From Trichonephila clavata (taxonomy: Eukaryota), in NCBI GenBank assembly GCA_019973975.1, contig BMAO01019611.1:76564-134802 (forward strand): a stretch of 58,239 bases of DNA, in the 5' to 3' direction. Position numbers and translations under genes: made by a program. The notes beneath the pieces are model-generated. The model did not search any database, was not told where the DNA came from, and saw nothing but the letters and a program-made list of their open reading frames with translations. Shown here in pieces: positions 24,335 to 35,810 of this stretch; within the stretch, counting starts at the first letter, position 1; every line of letters starts with the position of its first letter.

Positions 24335-25418
24335 TGTCAGTACAGTACTGTGCGAATTAATTGGGACAAACACAAAATTTTTTACAAATGTTGTTTTATT
24401 AGTATAGTTCGACTTATACATGCATGGTATAGCAATTTAATACAAAATATGTCCTCCTCTAGCTTTAATGAGATCCTGTACACGGTTTGGCATGGATTCC
24501 ACTAAATTAGAACATAAATTTTTCATCTCGTCATCACGAAGCCAAACTTTTATAACGTTCTCAATCGCCGTTTTCTTTGTTGGGAGTCCATTTTACTTTC
24601 TCACGTCTCTTTACAATGGTCCACAAATTTTTAAGTGGATTTACATGAGAATTACTAGGTCATTGCAGACCCGTTATTTTCTGTTTTTGAAGAAAATTCG
24701 TTGTTTTAGCTTAGAAGTATGGCATGGAGCAAGATCTTGTTGAAAGATACCAACACCACCAGCAAACGTTTGCATCATATGCACAATTTTACTTTCTATT
24801 ATAGAAAGGTATTGCTTAGAGTTCATCATCCCTTCAGCTGCTAATAAGCTGCCTGTCCTCCAGAAATAAAATAACCTCCAAAACATCTGTTTCTGAGGGT
24901 GCTTAACTGTTTGAATAAGATGTTCTCTACCACTTCACCTGATAAATCTTGGTCGAAACCTTTGAACAAAAAAATGTGTTCGTCGTTGAATACAACCTTC
25001 TTCCAATCTTGTGCAGGCCAGGATTGATATTTCCTGGCCCAATTCAAACGTTTTTTCTTCATTGCAGGCGTTAAAAACTGTTTATCGATTGGTTTTCTTG
25101 CAAATCTCCCAGCTTCAATAAGGCTTCGTCGAACTGTCTATGAATCCACACTCACACCAGTAGCTAATAATTTTCTCTGAAGATCTATACGTGTTTTGTA
25201 AGGATGCATTGTATATTTCGTGCAAGAAACTTGTCTGTTCGAAGCGTGGTCTTGCGTTTGCGTTCAAATTTATTCTTTCGGAGACACTGTTCCAAAATTC
25301 TTTTGCTGATTAACAATCCTGAAAACACTGGATTTTCCTCCTGTTGTAGCAATGCCCCTCCCAGTAATAGAAGTATGCTGACTAAGGGTAGCTAGTTTTT
25401 TCATTGATATAAAATTAT
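24335..25418 (-). mobile_element. Tc1/mariner-superfamily (Tc1-like) transposon remnant, frameshifted, with a 3' TIR-like end at 24335-24385
   Basis: Minus-strand translation gives MKKLATLSQHTSITGRGIATTGGKSSVF (HTH), …KKKRLNWARKYQSWPAQDWKKVVFNDE (first D), …FQQDLAPCHTSK (second D), …NPLKNLWTIVKRR. The terminal CAGTACAGTACTGTGCGAATTAATTGGGAC is at 24341. Confidence 0.65.
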
Positions 25419-25920
25419 TTTATAAGAAATCTTATACGCGTATAATAAAATATTTTCTATTTTTACTGTGGAATCAATATTATCTGCAGGAATTTTACGC
25501 AACTTTTCCTCTAATTCAGAAATCAAATCTTCAAATTTTATTTCCCGCGCTTCTGCTTCAACTAACTCCATTTCTAAATTATCGATACCTAGCCACATAA
25601 ATTCGGTTAACTCCATTGTTTCAAATTCTATTTTGCATGGATATAAAATAAAGTGAAATGTATTTTCCAAACTGTTAAATTGATTGAATCTCTCTTTAAA
25701 ATCTTGTTGTATTTCCAGCATATTCAATACATATTTTTTAATTGCATTTTCTTAAATGTCAACAAAGTTTTCAAAAATTGTTGTTGTTTGAAAAATTTTT
25801 TGTAATTGAGGAAAATATTTCCTGATTTTCATTTCCAAATCCTTAGTAAAGTTGTCAAGTTTCGCCATAAATATTTTAATACTTTGAAACATTATTAAAA
25901 TAATTTATCTATGTTTTTTG
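25401..25920 (-). other. Orphan ORF (~170 aa) of unknown family, abutting the Tc1 remnant and the truncated LINE. It is possibly the C-terminal part of a transposase. There is a weak resemblance to a hAT dimerisation region, but this is not established.
   Basis: MAKLDNFTKDLEMKIRKYFPQLQ…KERFNQFNSLENTFHFILYPCKIEFETMELTEFMWLGIDNLEMELVEAEAREIKFEDLISELEEKLRK…. It has one in-frame stop. Confidence 0.3.
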
Positions 25921-26099
25921 ATGTGCAACATATTATCTTTTCTCTCGGTTGCTGGATATTTGTTGGAGTGATTTCGCGAAAAGGGACGGAAATGTGTAAC
26001 AGGAAGACGGGGAAGCGTGCACTGTTTGATTTGACCAATCAGCACGCTTGGTGGTGTCTCTTCGCTACCCTCTCACGGGGTCCAACTCTAGTAGTGTCA

Positions 26100-28111
26100 T
26101 CTGCATACATGTTAATGTTAGTAAGGGAGTAATTAGGGATGTCATTAATGTATAAGTTAAACAGCAGGAGGCCTAAGAGTGATCCTTGAGGACACCCTGC
26201 GGAGATATTATGAGAATTTGAAAGAGTTTCATTGATTCGGATTTTAAAGGAGCGGTTAATAAGATAGAAGTGAATTAGATGAATGAAGGGGGGGGGGAGA
26301 TCATATGTTTATAGCTTTAATGTGAGACCAAAAATCCAAAAATGGTCGAACGCTTTCTGTATATCCAGAAAAACGACTCCCGTGCTTTTCTCTTTCTGGA
26401 AACCTTCAGAAATATTTACGGTTAGTCGAAGGAGGGGGTGTAGAGTAGAGAGTTAGTTAGTAAATCCATATTGGTTAGGGTTAAGAAGGTTTTTATCATT
26501 GATGAAGGTTTTAAGTCTATTAAGGATGATGGATTCGGTTAGTTTGCTTAGAGTGGAGAGGAGAGAGATTGGTTTATAACTATCAGGAAGATTAGCATTT
26601 TTACCGGATTTATGAATTGGAAAAATTGCTTCTTTCCAATTATTTGGAAAGTGATTAAGTTTTAGTATTTTATTCATTAGAATGGTTAGGATTAGGATAA
26701 GTTTAAAAGGAAAGTATTTAAGCATTTTATTGGTGATTCCGTTCTTGCCGGGGGCTTTTTTGGAGTTAACACGTTTAATATAATCAATAATTTCGTCCGG
26801 CAAAGCGGGCTCTGGGTGGAAGGGGGGGGGAGGAAGTTAATTACAGTAGTGATAATCTCATCATCGTTGTTGTTAAAGTCATCATTAGTATGGTTATTTT
26901 CAACAAAGTTATTTTTAATGGTTTTAGCAAGTAGATTAGCTTTTTGCAGATCAGTGACGACCATTCCCGATAAGCAGTTAAGAAGTGGCATTTTGTGACG
27001 TTTGTTTTTTAGAAATCTCTGCGCCTCTGGGAGGCGAAGAGATTTCTTCTAATTTAAGGGCTTCTAATTTTTTATTCCAGGTTTCGTTACTGTAATTTTT
27101 AGGCTCTTTTTTAAAGATTACTTTGTGCTCTGTTGTAGTAAGTTTTAAAAATTGGATTAAGAGTTTGATGGTATTGCTTGCGAAACTTATTTTTCTGTTT
27201 GATTAGATTTATGATGTGCGGTGGTGTAAAGTTCCGACGGTTGTTTCCTATTGGCTGGGAGGCGTGGCTATGCGAGTCGAGGATCGCCTCGGTGAATCCT
27301 GTGATTTTTATTTCAAGATCGTTAGTAGTATTAATATTATTAGGGTAGAAATTGAAAAGAGAAGTTTCTATTTAGGTTGTTTCTGAAATCGTTCCAATTA
27401 GTATGCACAGCTCTTGGGTTTGGGGGTCCGGTTTGAAGTCTGAAGTTAAAAGTTAGAAATACAGGATTATGATCAGAAGAGAGGTCATGCAAAGATTTGA
27501 TTGTGAAGGGGTAGTAGGAATTTCTGATTAGAGCGAAGTCAATGGTGTTAGCAGTTATGGCCAATACTAGTGGGAGAGTCAGAAAAAGCAATATTGAGAT
27601 TTAAAATTTTGGCAAAGTTAAACAGACGAATACCTCTACTAGAATTTATTCTACAGCGCCAGGCACTGTGGGTGGCATTAAACTCGTCGAAGACGACGCA
27701 GTTGCTGCTGGTTTGAATCAGATTTTCAAGGTCAATAGAAAAAGTGTATTTGTCAGATGAAGGGGAAACATAAATGAAAACAATAGAGATAGGATCATGG
27801 TTAGGGGTGTTAGGATAATATTAGTAGCTTTACAGCTTGTAGAGGGGAGAGGAGAGACAGTAATGTTTGAGAGAATTTTTAACGAAAATCAGAGTTCCAC
27901 CGGAGGCCTGTCCGTCTGTGATCCGATCATTTCTGTAGCAACAGTAGTTGGCAATGTTAAAGTTATTAGCTGGTCTCAAGTGGGTTTCTTGAATAAGAAA
28001 TAGGTTGGGGGAGTGTTTCTCTATGAAAATTCGCAATTCAACATTGCATCTTAGCAGACCGTTTGCGATCCATGAACACAAACTGAGACCTACGGGGGGT
28101 TGTCTATGCAT
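26100..28111 (-). pseudogene. LINE ORF2 fragment: AP-endonuclease domain plus N-terminal half of reverse transcriptase
   Basis: APE motifs in 27340-27591 and 27830-28111. RT motifs in 26453-26803 and 26130-26330. The frame changes at ~26800, and the sequence terminates after YADD (~26130). Confidence 0.75.
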
Positions 28112-28488
28112 TATTATTATTGGCAGGAGGCCTCTATTAAGGCGTACATTTGATTAGGATTATTGTTTACACTTTGAACCTGATTATAATTGTTCATTAA
28201 GTTTGGGGTTGTACACATTGCCTGGGTGAACTGTGAAAGTTGCATTAAGCAATTCATAGTCATTTGTAGCATATCTTGTAGATTAAACTTAGTTCCATTG
28301 TTATTAAAGTTATTATTAAAGTTATTTCCAGGCATGTTATAATTTGGAATATTCATATTGTTGGGGGAAAGGTATTTCCTGGTCTCAGTTTGTGCAAAAA
28401 AATCCAGATTTTGGTGGCGCCATCTGTTGTTTATTTTTTGAATTAGAAGTTCCGGCAGCTGCTTGAGCGTAGGAGATGTTGGGGCGAA

Positions 28489-29796
28489 TTAGGTTATTGT
28501 AAATGTTAGTATAAGAATTTCTATTATTTTAGCGGCGCCCTTAGGGGGCTTGGGGAAGCAGGGGCAACCTTTCCAGTTGGCTATATGGCCGTAGATTTGA
28601 CAATTAATACAGTAAGGGGTCTCTAGCCGTTGTTTAATGGGGCAATCTCTGGTAATGTGATCATCGCCACATTTTAAGCAACGAGGGGTCATATGGCAGT
28701 TTTCTGCGCTGTGGGAGGAAGGTATTACATGTGTAAAATTGTGTTACACCTCTTCCATCGTAACCTTCTACCCTGACGCGGAAGTAGTTAAGATTTTTCA
28801 GATCAAATATTTTAGCATTGGTGAAGTTTCTGGGGAGAGTTATCAAGAACACTGGTAAAGCTTAGTTGGTCCTACGACCTATGAGCCTGGTTGACCTTTT
28901 CAGGTGTGAAACCAAGTTCTTTCAGGTCAGCTTTAATTTCTACAGGCTTCGTTACTTTGGGTAGACCTTTGATTACTACTTTAATGGGCCGTTCGCTTTT
29001 GGGTTTAATCACAACAAATTGATATTTAAGATTTTCTAAGAGTTTAAGTAAGTCGCGGTGCTGATCAAAATCGTCAGCATAGAGTTTAAGAAGATCGCCT
29101 GTTAGGCGCATTCTGAGCTTGGGGTAGTGGGCTGTTAAAGTTTTTACAGGACTCCTGTAGGTGTCAGTAATTTTAAGCATTACAGGAGGGGGCAGTGTGT
29201 TCGCGGATAGAGTTACCTTCGGGACCGATGCGGTGGCGTCGTCGGGAATCTAGGGGCGTTAGACTTAGGTGCTTAAGAATCTGGATTTTCTTGAGAGCAA
29301 TTGGCGAGAGCCGAATATCTATTCGGAGAAAGCTGTACTGCAAAAGCAGAAAGTTGATTGAAGAGACTTCTTTTTCTTGTTTTCCTAGGGAGTTCAAATT
29401 CATTAACGTTAACGTTTAGAGTTGTTTCTTGGATTAATTTTACTAGGAGAAACTGCAGGCGAGTTTTTTGGGGTAGAAATTGGAAGTTTTAGCAGGGGCT
29501 AGGTCTTGAAAAGGGAAGCCAGGCGTAGTACAAACAGGGACGGAGTCAAAATCACTCACCGCTATTGTCAGGGAGTTTTCAATGTTCTGGAGTTCATCCA
29601 TAGCATTCTGGTAAGAGTGATCATTTTCATGGTCAGGGTAGGACTTCAGATCTTCGACGATAGCTAGCTTGTGCTTCTTGATGCGCTGCATTCGCTCCAG
29701 TTGAGTCTTTGCGTAGGCTTGTTGCTCGTATAGGGATCGTTGAAGAGGAGTGGTTGGTGATTGTTCCATGTCCGAGAAATCAGGTTGAGAGGCCAT
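28489..29796 (-). pseudogene. LINE ORF1 (nucleic-acid-binding protein with a CCHC zinc knuckle), split over three ORFs
   Basis: Minus-strand ORFs 29443-29796, 28872-29180 and 28489-28692. CCHC: C-X2-C-X4-H-X4-C twice in MTPRCLKCGDDHITRDCPIKQRLETPYCINCQIYGHIANWKGC. Confidence 0.65.
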
Positions 29797-30469
29797 TCCG
29801 AGTCGTATCCAAAAAGAGAGGGGGAGAGAGAGTAGTGTCTGCTCTAACTATAAGCCCTTAGGAGGGCTGTAGATAACAGATGTACTATAATGCAGAGTAG
29901 ATAGGGATAGGTGTCACCGAGGCGAATCCGTAGTGCTGTCGGTGTGAGGCGATCTATAGGAGAGGTCAACCTCACTAGATCCAATCAGTGAGAAATCGAT
30001 GACTGACTGTTGCGGCGAGTATTGCTCTATTTATAGCCGTAACTGAAACTTCGAGAAAGATGCACTCGCGTTATAGATCGTGAAATTAGTGGCTTTCACC
30101 ACTAATTTCTAGAAGAATACAGAGAGTTCCGAACTCGCCAAATTGGTCGCTAAAAATGATATCAACTTTGCTCTATCGCCAAGTTCCTATTCAATCGCCA
30201 TTATAACGTAAGGGACGGCGTTGCTTGTGAATATTATAATTTTAACACGAAATAAATATATCATAGATAAATATAAATGCATTGCACATCCAAATGCAAA
30301 TTATTTACATTATTTTATACAAAATTCGTAATAATATTATAAATACTCTGTTATACATTATTTACTTTGTTCACTCAGACCTTGATTGATTTTGTATTCA
30401 GTTATAAGTTTAATATGAAATATTTTATGTGATATATAAAGGTACGTTATATTACGGTTTGGCAATCAT

Positions 30470-30472
30470 TTG

Positions 30473-30500
<28 letters not shown>
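30470..30500. repeat. (TA)n microsatellite
   Basis: tatatatatatatatatatatata read directly. Confidence 0.95.
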
Positions 30501-30505
<5 letters not shown>

Positions 30506-32647
30506 TCAAGAGCCAAAACATTATGACCACCCCTACATTTTGCAATGAACTCGCCTGGATGACGTGGAAGGCACGCGATCAGGTGGAAGTGGTATTTAAC
30601 TGCTGCTGGAGAGTCTGAAGAATCATTCTTTCACTTACTTATGTGTGTGACGGGAAAGGCTGCGGATCTAAGCGACTTTGATAGAGGGCAGATTGTGTAA
30701 TGGCTCGGAACAAGTATTTCCGAAACTGCACGACTCATGGGTTGTTCGCGATCTGCACTTGTTAGTACAATAGAAGTCCGATAATCCGGCACGTTCGGGA
30801 CCGGCTCGGTGCCGGACTACCGAAAATTCCGGTCTATCGGGCGGTAATTATAAGAACAATTAGGTTAATAATTAAACTACAAATACAGTATGCAAATACA
30901 TACAACAAAGTTTATTTTACATTTCATATAATATATGTACACGTACTGTTTCATCAGCATTGTAAATCTGTTCAGGTGTTAAATCATTATCAGCCACGAT
31001 TTTCTCAAACTCGTCTTTGTATTTTTCTGCAGAGTTTGGTTTGCTGAAAGTGCTTCTCCAGTTACATCAAGTCTTCGAATTCCATGCCGAAACTTAAAGT
31101 TTCTGAGCCAACCATCAGAATAATTACATTCACTTTCAGCCAACTCCTAAATCTTGGCGGAATTTCTTTGCCTTTTCAACAATCATTGGCCCTGTTACCA
31201 ACTTTCCTTCAGAACGTAATGCACTAAACCATTTGAACAATACACTATCTACCTGTTCCAGTTTTGGTTTTTTTAATGTTTGTCTAGAAGCCAATTTTTC
31301 AGTTGTTACCGATTGAGAAGCAAACTTCATTAGTTCATCTTTTTGTTTTTTAATGTCATAAATAGTTGATGAGCCAATATTAAACTTATCCATTAAAACA
31401 TTTCAATTCTCGCCTTTTTCTAGCCGTTTGATGATTTCTAGTTTCTGATTGAGAGTCAGTGTTACGTGTTTTCGTTTCTCTCCTTTTGAACTCGAAGGCT
31501 TAGGTTTTGAAAACATGGTCACTGTACAGTTAGAACGAAAATCACTTTTTTTATAAACAGTTTCAAAAGTTACGTTTACTGCGATGTGAAAGGACACAAA
31601 ACAACAACGCACAAAAAAATGGCGAAGACGCTTCGTGATTGATTAACGGAGCTGCACTGCACATGAATTTGTTGTGACAGCTGAGACTAGCCGGCCGATA
31701 ATTGTTTCCGAACACTACCGAGCGCTTCCGGATGATCCCGAACTACCCCGAAAACTTCCGAGTAGCTCTCGAGCGTTTTTATTTGCTTTAAAGACACACT
31801 TTTGGAGAAAACCAAAATTTTTACAATTTTCCGGAGCGATGCCGGACTATCGGGCATTCCGGACTGTTGGATGCCGGACTAATGGGCTTCTACTGTACTT
31901 ATGCAAAGTGGATGAATGACGGTGAAGCCAGCAGTAGACGACATGGTGTTGGACGTCCACACGCTATCAAAGAAAAAGGTCGCCTGAGACTGTCTCGCAT
32001 GGTGAAGCAAAACCGGAGCCAGACAGTGGCTCAGTGGGAGAGAGTTGCCTGGTCAGATGAATCACGGTTTGTCATTCATCACGCCGATGGATACGCCGTC
32101 TTCCAGGCGAACAGTTGCTCCCTCAATATACAGTAGGTCATACACAGGCCGGTGGTGGAGGTATTATGCTTTGGAGGACGTTCTCTTGGGCGTCTCAAGA
32201 ACCCGTGGTTGTGGTAGAGCAGATCATGAATGCTACAGGGTATTTGAACATTATTGCGGACCAGTTGCACCCTTACATGGCCTTTTTTTCCAGCTGGAAA
32301 TGGAATCTTCCAACTGGACAACACCCCGTGTCACAAGGCTAAAATTGTGTTGGAGGGGGTTCCAGGAACATGATGCTGAATTCCAGTTAATGTCCTGGCC
32401 GCCTATCTCACCAGATCTCAATCCGATTGAACACATTCGGGATGTCATGGGACGGCAGCTCAGAGTTCAAAGACCACCAATTCACAGTATCTCGGATTTG
32501 CATGACCGTTGTTTAAACATCTGGTACAATCTGCCTCCGGCCATCTACCAAGGACTTGTGATATCCATGCCAAGGCGGGTTGAAGCTATGTTGCGCGCCA
32601 ACTCGTTATTGACAGGTGTTCATAATGTTTTGGCTCTTGAGTGTATA
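30499..32647 (+). mobile_element. Tc1-like DNA transposon with 33-bp terminal inverted repeats, a decayed transposase and a nested insertion
   Basis: TIRs TACACACTCAAGAGCCAAAACATTATGACCACC (30499-30532) and GGTGTTCATAATGTTTTGGCTCTTGAGTGTATA (32615-32647). Transposase pieces: KAADLSDFDRGQIV (HTH, 30650-30780), YAKWMNDGEASSRRHGVGRP…WSDESRF (31890-32100), GGGIMLW…, QLDNTPCHKAK, WPPISPDLNPIEHIRDV…(32045-32662). The left end lies in a (TA)n tract. Confidence 0.8.
30784..31879 (-). mobile_element. pogo/Tigger-like non-autonomous element (deletion derivative retaining only the N-terminal CENP-B/psq-type HTH region) inserted into the Tc1 element at a TA
   Basis: TA at 30782-83 and 31880-81 flank ATCCGGCAC… / …GTGCCGGAC-like inverted termini. 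The ends carry repeated GCCGGACTA(T/C)CG motifs. Minus-strand ORFs 31403-31612 (…KGEKRKHVTLTLNQKLEIIKRLEKGEN) and 31136-31393 (MDKFNIGSSTIYDIKKQKDELMKF…) are typical of the pogo transposase N-terminus. There is no DDE domain. Confidence 0.6.
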
Positions 32648-34539
32648 GTCAGTTCTCGGTAACACGAAGTTGAATGGACCAATGAAAAACTTCTAATTAT
32701 CAAGAGAATAGGAAAAAAATCCCAAAATACACGAAAAGAAATTTTTTTCTAATTTGAAACTATGTAATAACAATTGTACATATGTATAAAATTATTTAAA
32801 AATATTTTTAAAAAGTGGATATTAATGTATAGTATAAATATTATACAGAAGTTAAAAGTCCTGTATTAAAAGAATACATTTATGAATTAGAAACTATAAA
32901 AAGAATACTAACTGTACATAATTAATTTTTTTGACGAGAAAATCTGTTATCTTTTTTTGTTTTATGGCATTCAATGTAACTTTGTCAATAAATTTTTTTA
33001 GAATAAATGAAGCTTGAAAAATGTCTCCATCAACATGATTTCGAAGGGAAAAGTTGCTTAGTTTGTTTAACGACACTTTAGCTTCGGTCAGAGTTATCGG
33101 AGTCAATCAACTCCGGTGGTCATTAAGGCTACGTTAAAGGGGCTACGTTACAGGGGAGACAGCAGAGACAATACAATACAAAACATGTAAGCTCTAGCCT
33201 GTTTGCTACAGGACTCTACATGGTAGTGAGCGTTTGAACTGTTGAGAGTTTCATTTGATAACTTCGAATTATTGCGTGTTATATTCTGGTCAGTCACGGA
33301 TTTTACTTCGGAACATTGAGTGTACTAAAACGTATTGTTTTAGTTTGAAATATCAAGAGTTTTTCTAGGGACTGAGCATATACTTCGAATTAGCGAGAGG
33401 TTTGTATTATCGAAGGTTTGAATTACTGAGAGTCGACTGTATATATGTAGGATATCCCATTGAACTCTTTTTGTAAAAGGTTAGATCATATCCCTGTACA
33501 GAGGACGGTAATTTTGGTTAAAACAGAGCATTCCAGATCAACGCCATCTGGCGGGCTTATAAAACGCCGACATCAACTTTTTTCGGCAGAAGTCCACTAA
33601 CACTTGACAACGAAGCAGCACACCCGCGCCCGTTCGCGGTAACCAGGCGGTTAGTTGCAATCCCATCGCATGATGAGTTTTAAAGCCTTGGGCCCTCCGC
33701 TGTGTGGGGGTTACGGGGATGTACTTTACGCCCCTGTCTCCTACCCCCTTCTTTTTTGCCACTGAGATGGATTTTTTCCTTTACTACCATTTTTTAAGTA
33801 AATGGCATGTCACAATTTAATCAATTTTATTTCAAAACCTAAAAAGGAAATTATTGTTAAAATAATGAAGATGTTAGTTTTGTGTATAATATACTTTTTT
33901 TCCGTCAGGCGTGTTTAAATAATTTGCATAACACAGAGTGGAATGAAAAACTATAAAATTAAAATAAAATACTAAAATGTTTTTATCAGATAGTATTGTT
34001 CTTTTAATGTTTTTTTTTCAGTGAATGTAAACATATCATCCCCCATGGTTTTTTTCTTTTTTTACACTTACGTATGTTTAATCAAACACATTCAAAGATT
34101 TCAGAAAAAAATCGTTTCAAGAGCTATCTGTAGAATTTTTTTTATTATTATTTATAGATAATGGATTTAAATTATATATATTTTAAAACAAAAGGTACAT
34201 TTCTGTTATTTCATTCTAAATTAATAATTTGTTAATAAAAAGTGTATCATCTATTGTTTTGGATGAAAATACGTTTTAAAGACATTTTTAAGGTAACTGT
34301 AGGTAATGTTTGATTGATTAATGAAAGTCTGAAATCTGTTTTATTAATTTAGATTCTTAGAAACTATCTATTATTAAAAAATGATGAAAGTGTGTTTTTG
34401 TTTTACTCTCGGCATCAGAATCGTTTTAATTTTATTGCTTAAAAAATATTTTTTTTAACTAAAGCAATGTTCTTTTTTATAAATCTCTGATCAAAATTTG
34501 AGGATAAATCTTATATCGGGGGAGGGGAAATAGTTCTAC

Positions 34540-35190
34540 ACTCAAAAAAGCCACTGTAACGCCGGGCTATAGAGATAGAAAAGAAACCAGTCTGACATCG
34601 GTAAGATGTGGAAGAAATTTCGAAAAAAGGGAATTGTAATGACGTTAATATATTTATCACACACACACACCAGGAAGTTTTGACTCCAGTAGGAGAAGGG
34701 GAATTTCCATGGCAATATGTTATGCATTCGAATATGTTCGTTCGACGCCGGGTTAATGGAGGGGAAAGAAACCTGTCTCTCAATGAAAATAAGCGAACAA
34801 ATTTTAACAACGGGGATTTTAATAACATAGTTATAGAGATCAATCACATTGCGAGAGTACACACACACAGAAGTGCTATCGTTCAGAGGGAAACGGGAAA
34901 TTCCCATGGGGATTAAATTATTCACTCGGTAAAAGTCGGTGCAACGCTGGGATAAGCAGAGGGGAAAGAAACAAAGAAGTCAAAGTAATTTCGAAAAAGA
35001 ATATTGGAAGAGCTGATTTAGGGAAAATTTTAAACGAGAAAGCCCGTGCAACGCCGGGCCATGCACTCACATCGTACGCGTGCACACCCACACAAAAGTG
35101 CTGGTGTCATAAAGGAAGGAAGAAATTAACATTGGGATTAAGTTATACACTTGGTAAAAGCCCGTGTGACACCGGGCCACCTTTAATTAA
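34540..35190. repeat. Degenerate tandem repeat block (units ~110-200 bp) sharing motifs GGGGAAAGAAAC, AATTTCGAAAAA(A)G, (A)AAGCC(C)GTG(C/T)AACGCCGGGC and CACACACA
   Basis: Recurrent motifs at ~34545, 34745, 34925-34980, 35035-35060 and 35160-35185. The ORFs here are mutually antisense and low-complexity. Confidence 0.5.
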
Positions 35191-35574
35191 AATAAGTTTT
35201 TATTCACACAGCCTCTACCTTTAACTTCGCTCATAGTATACACATACTCACACGCTATCGATTGTGATAACCGTTTATGTAATGACGTTAGGTATTGTAA
35301 TAACTTTTTCATAAAAATTTTCATCAAAACGGTCCAGATGGTTAACGCTTATTCATAAAAATTTTGAATTTAAAGATGTGTGTACAGGACAACGTTTGTC
35401 GGGTCCGCTAGTATATATAAACTCATGGACAAAGAAATTAGTGCACTAATGAGTCGTCAAAATGAGACGAAATTTTAATTCGTAATGACTACTTTGATAT
35501 AAGTAAATGATTCGAAGATCAAAGAAAAAGGATCATTTATTTCAGAGAAAAAGGCAAAAGAACGGAGGATTTAA

Positions 35575-35810
35575 TACCCTGTTGAACCTCTTCTAGCGCG
35601 AATGCACGATGCGATACGATCGGGCATTGAGGCATACAAGTTCTGTATGATGTCTTGAGACATTTCATTCCATACTTGCTGTAACCTTGCCTCTAGTTCG
35701 TTCAAACTCGTGGAATGCCCAACTCACCGTCCCAAATGATCCCAGATATTCTCGACTGGAGACAAATCTGGGGATCAGGCAGGTCAAGGAAGTGGATCAC
35801 TGCAATGCTT
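35575..35810 (-). mobile_element. Tc1 transposase C-terminal fragment
   Basis: Minus-strand translation …LPAWSPDLSPVENIWDHLGR…ELEARLQQVWNEMSQDIIQNLYASMPDRIASCIRARRGSTGY*. GGTCCGCTA / TAGCGGACC inverted 9-mers sit at 35402 and 35886. Confidence 0.6.

Larger units (their letters stand above)
26100..30240 (-). mobile_element. Non-LTR (LINE) retrotransposon, Jockey/I/R1-like, 3'-truncated within RT just after the YADD box, with a frameshift in ORF2
   Basis: On the minus strand: ORF1 29443-29796 / 28872-29180 / 28489-28692 (CCHC knuckle CLKCGDDHITRDC…CINCQIYGH). APE endonuclease 27340-28111 (…LIQETHL…SDHNPV…). RT 26100-26991 (KKAPGKNGITNKMLK…YKPISLLSTLSK…GCPQGSLLGLLLFNLYINDIP…YADDTT). The 5'UTR has TATAAATA + TCAGTC at ~30020-30045 (minus). 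Confidence 0.8.

Noticed and set aside
24468-25395. Plus-strand ORFs 24468-24743, 25204-25395 and 25468-25656. Also 29195-29419, 57361-57603 and 57664-57957.
   Set aside because: Each is antisense to a recognised transposase, LINE or BEL coding segment and has low-complexity composition.
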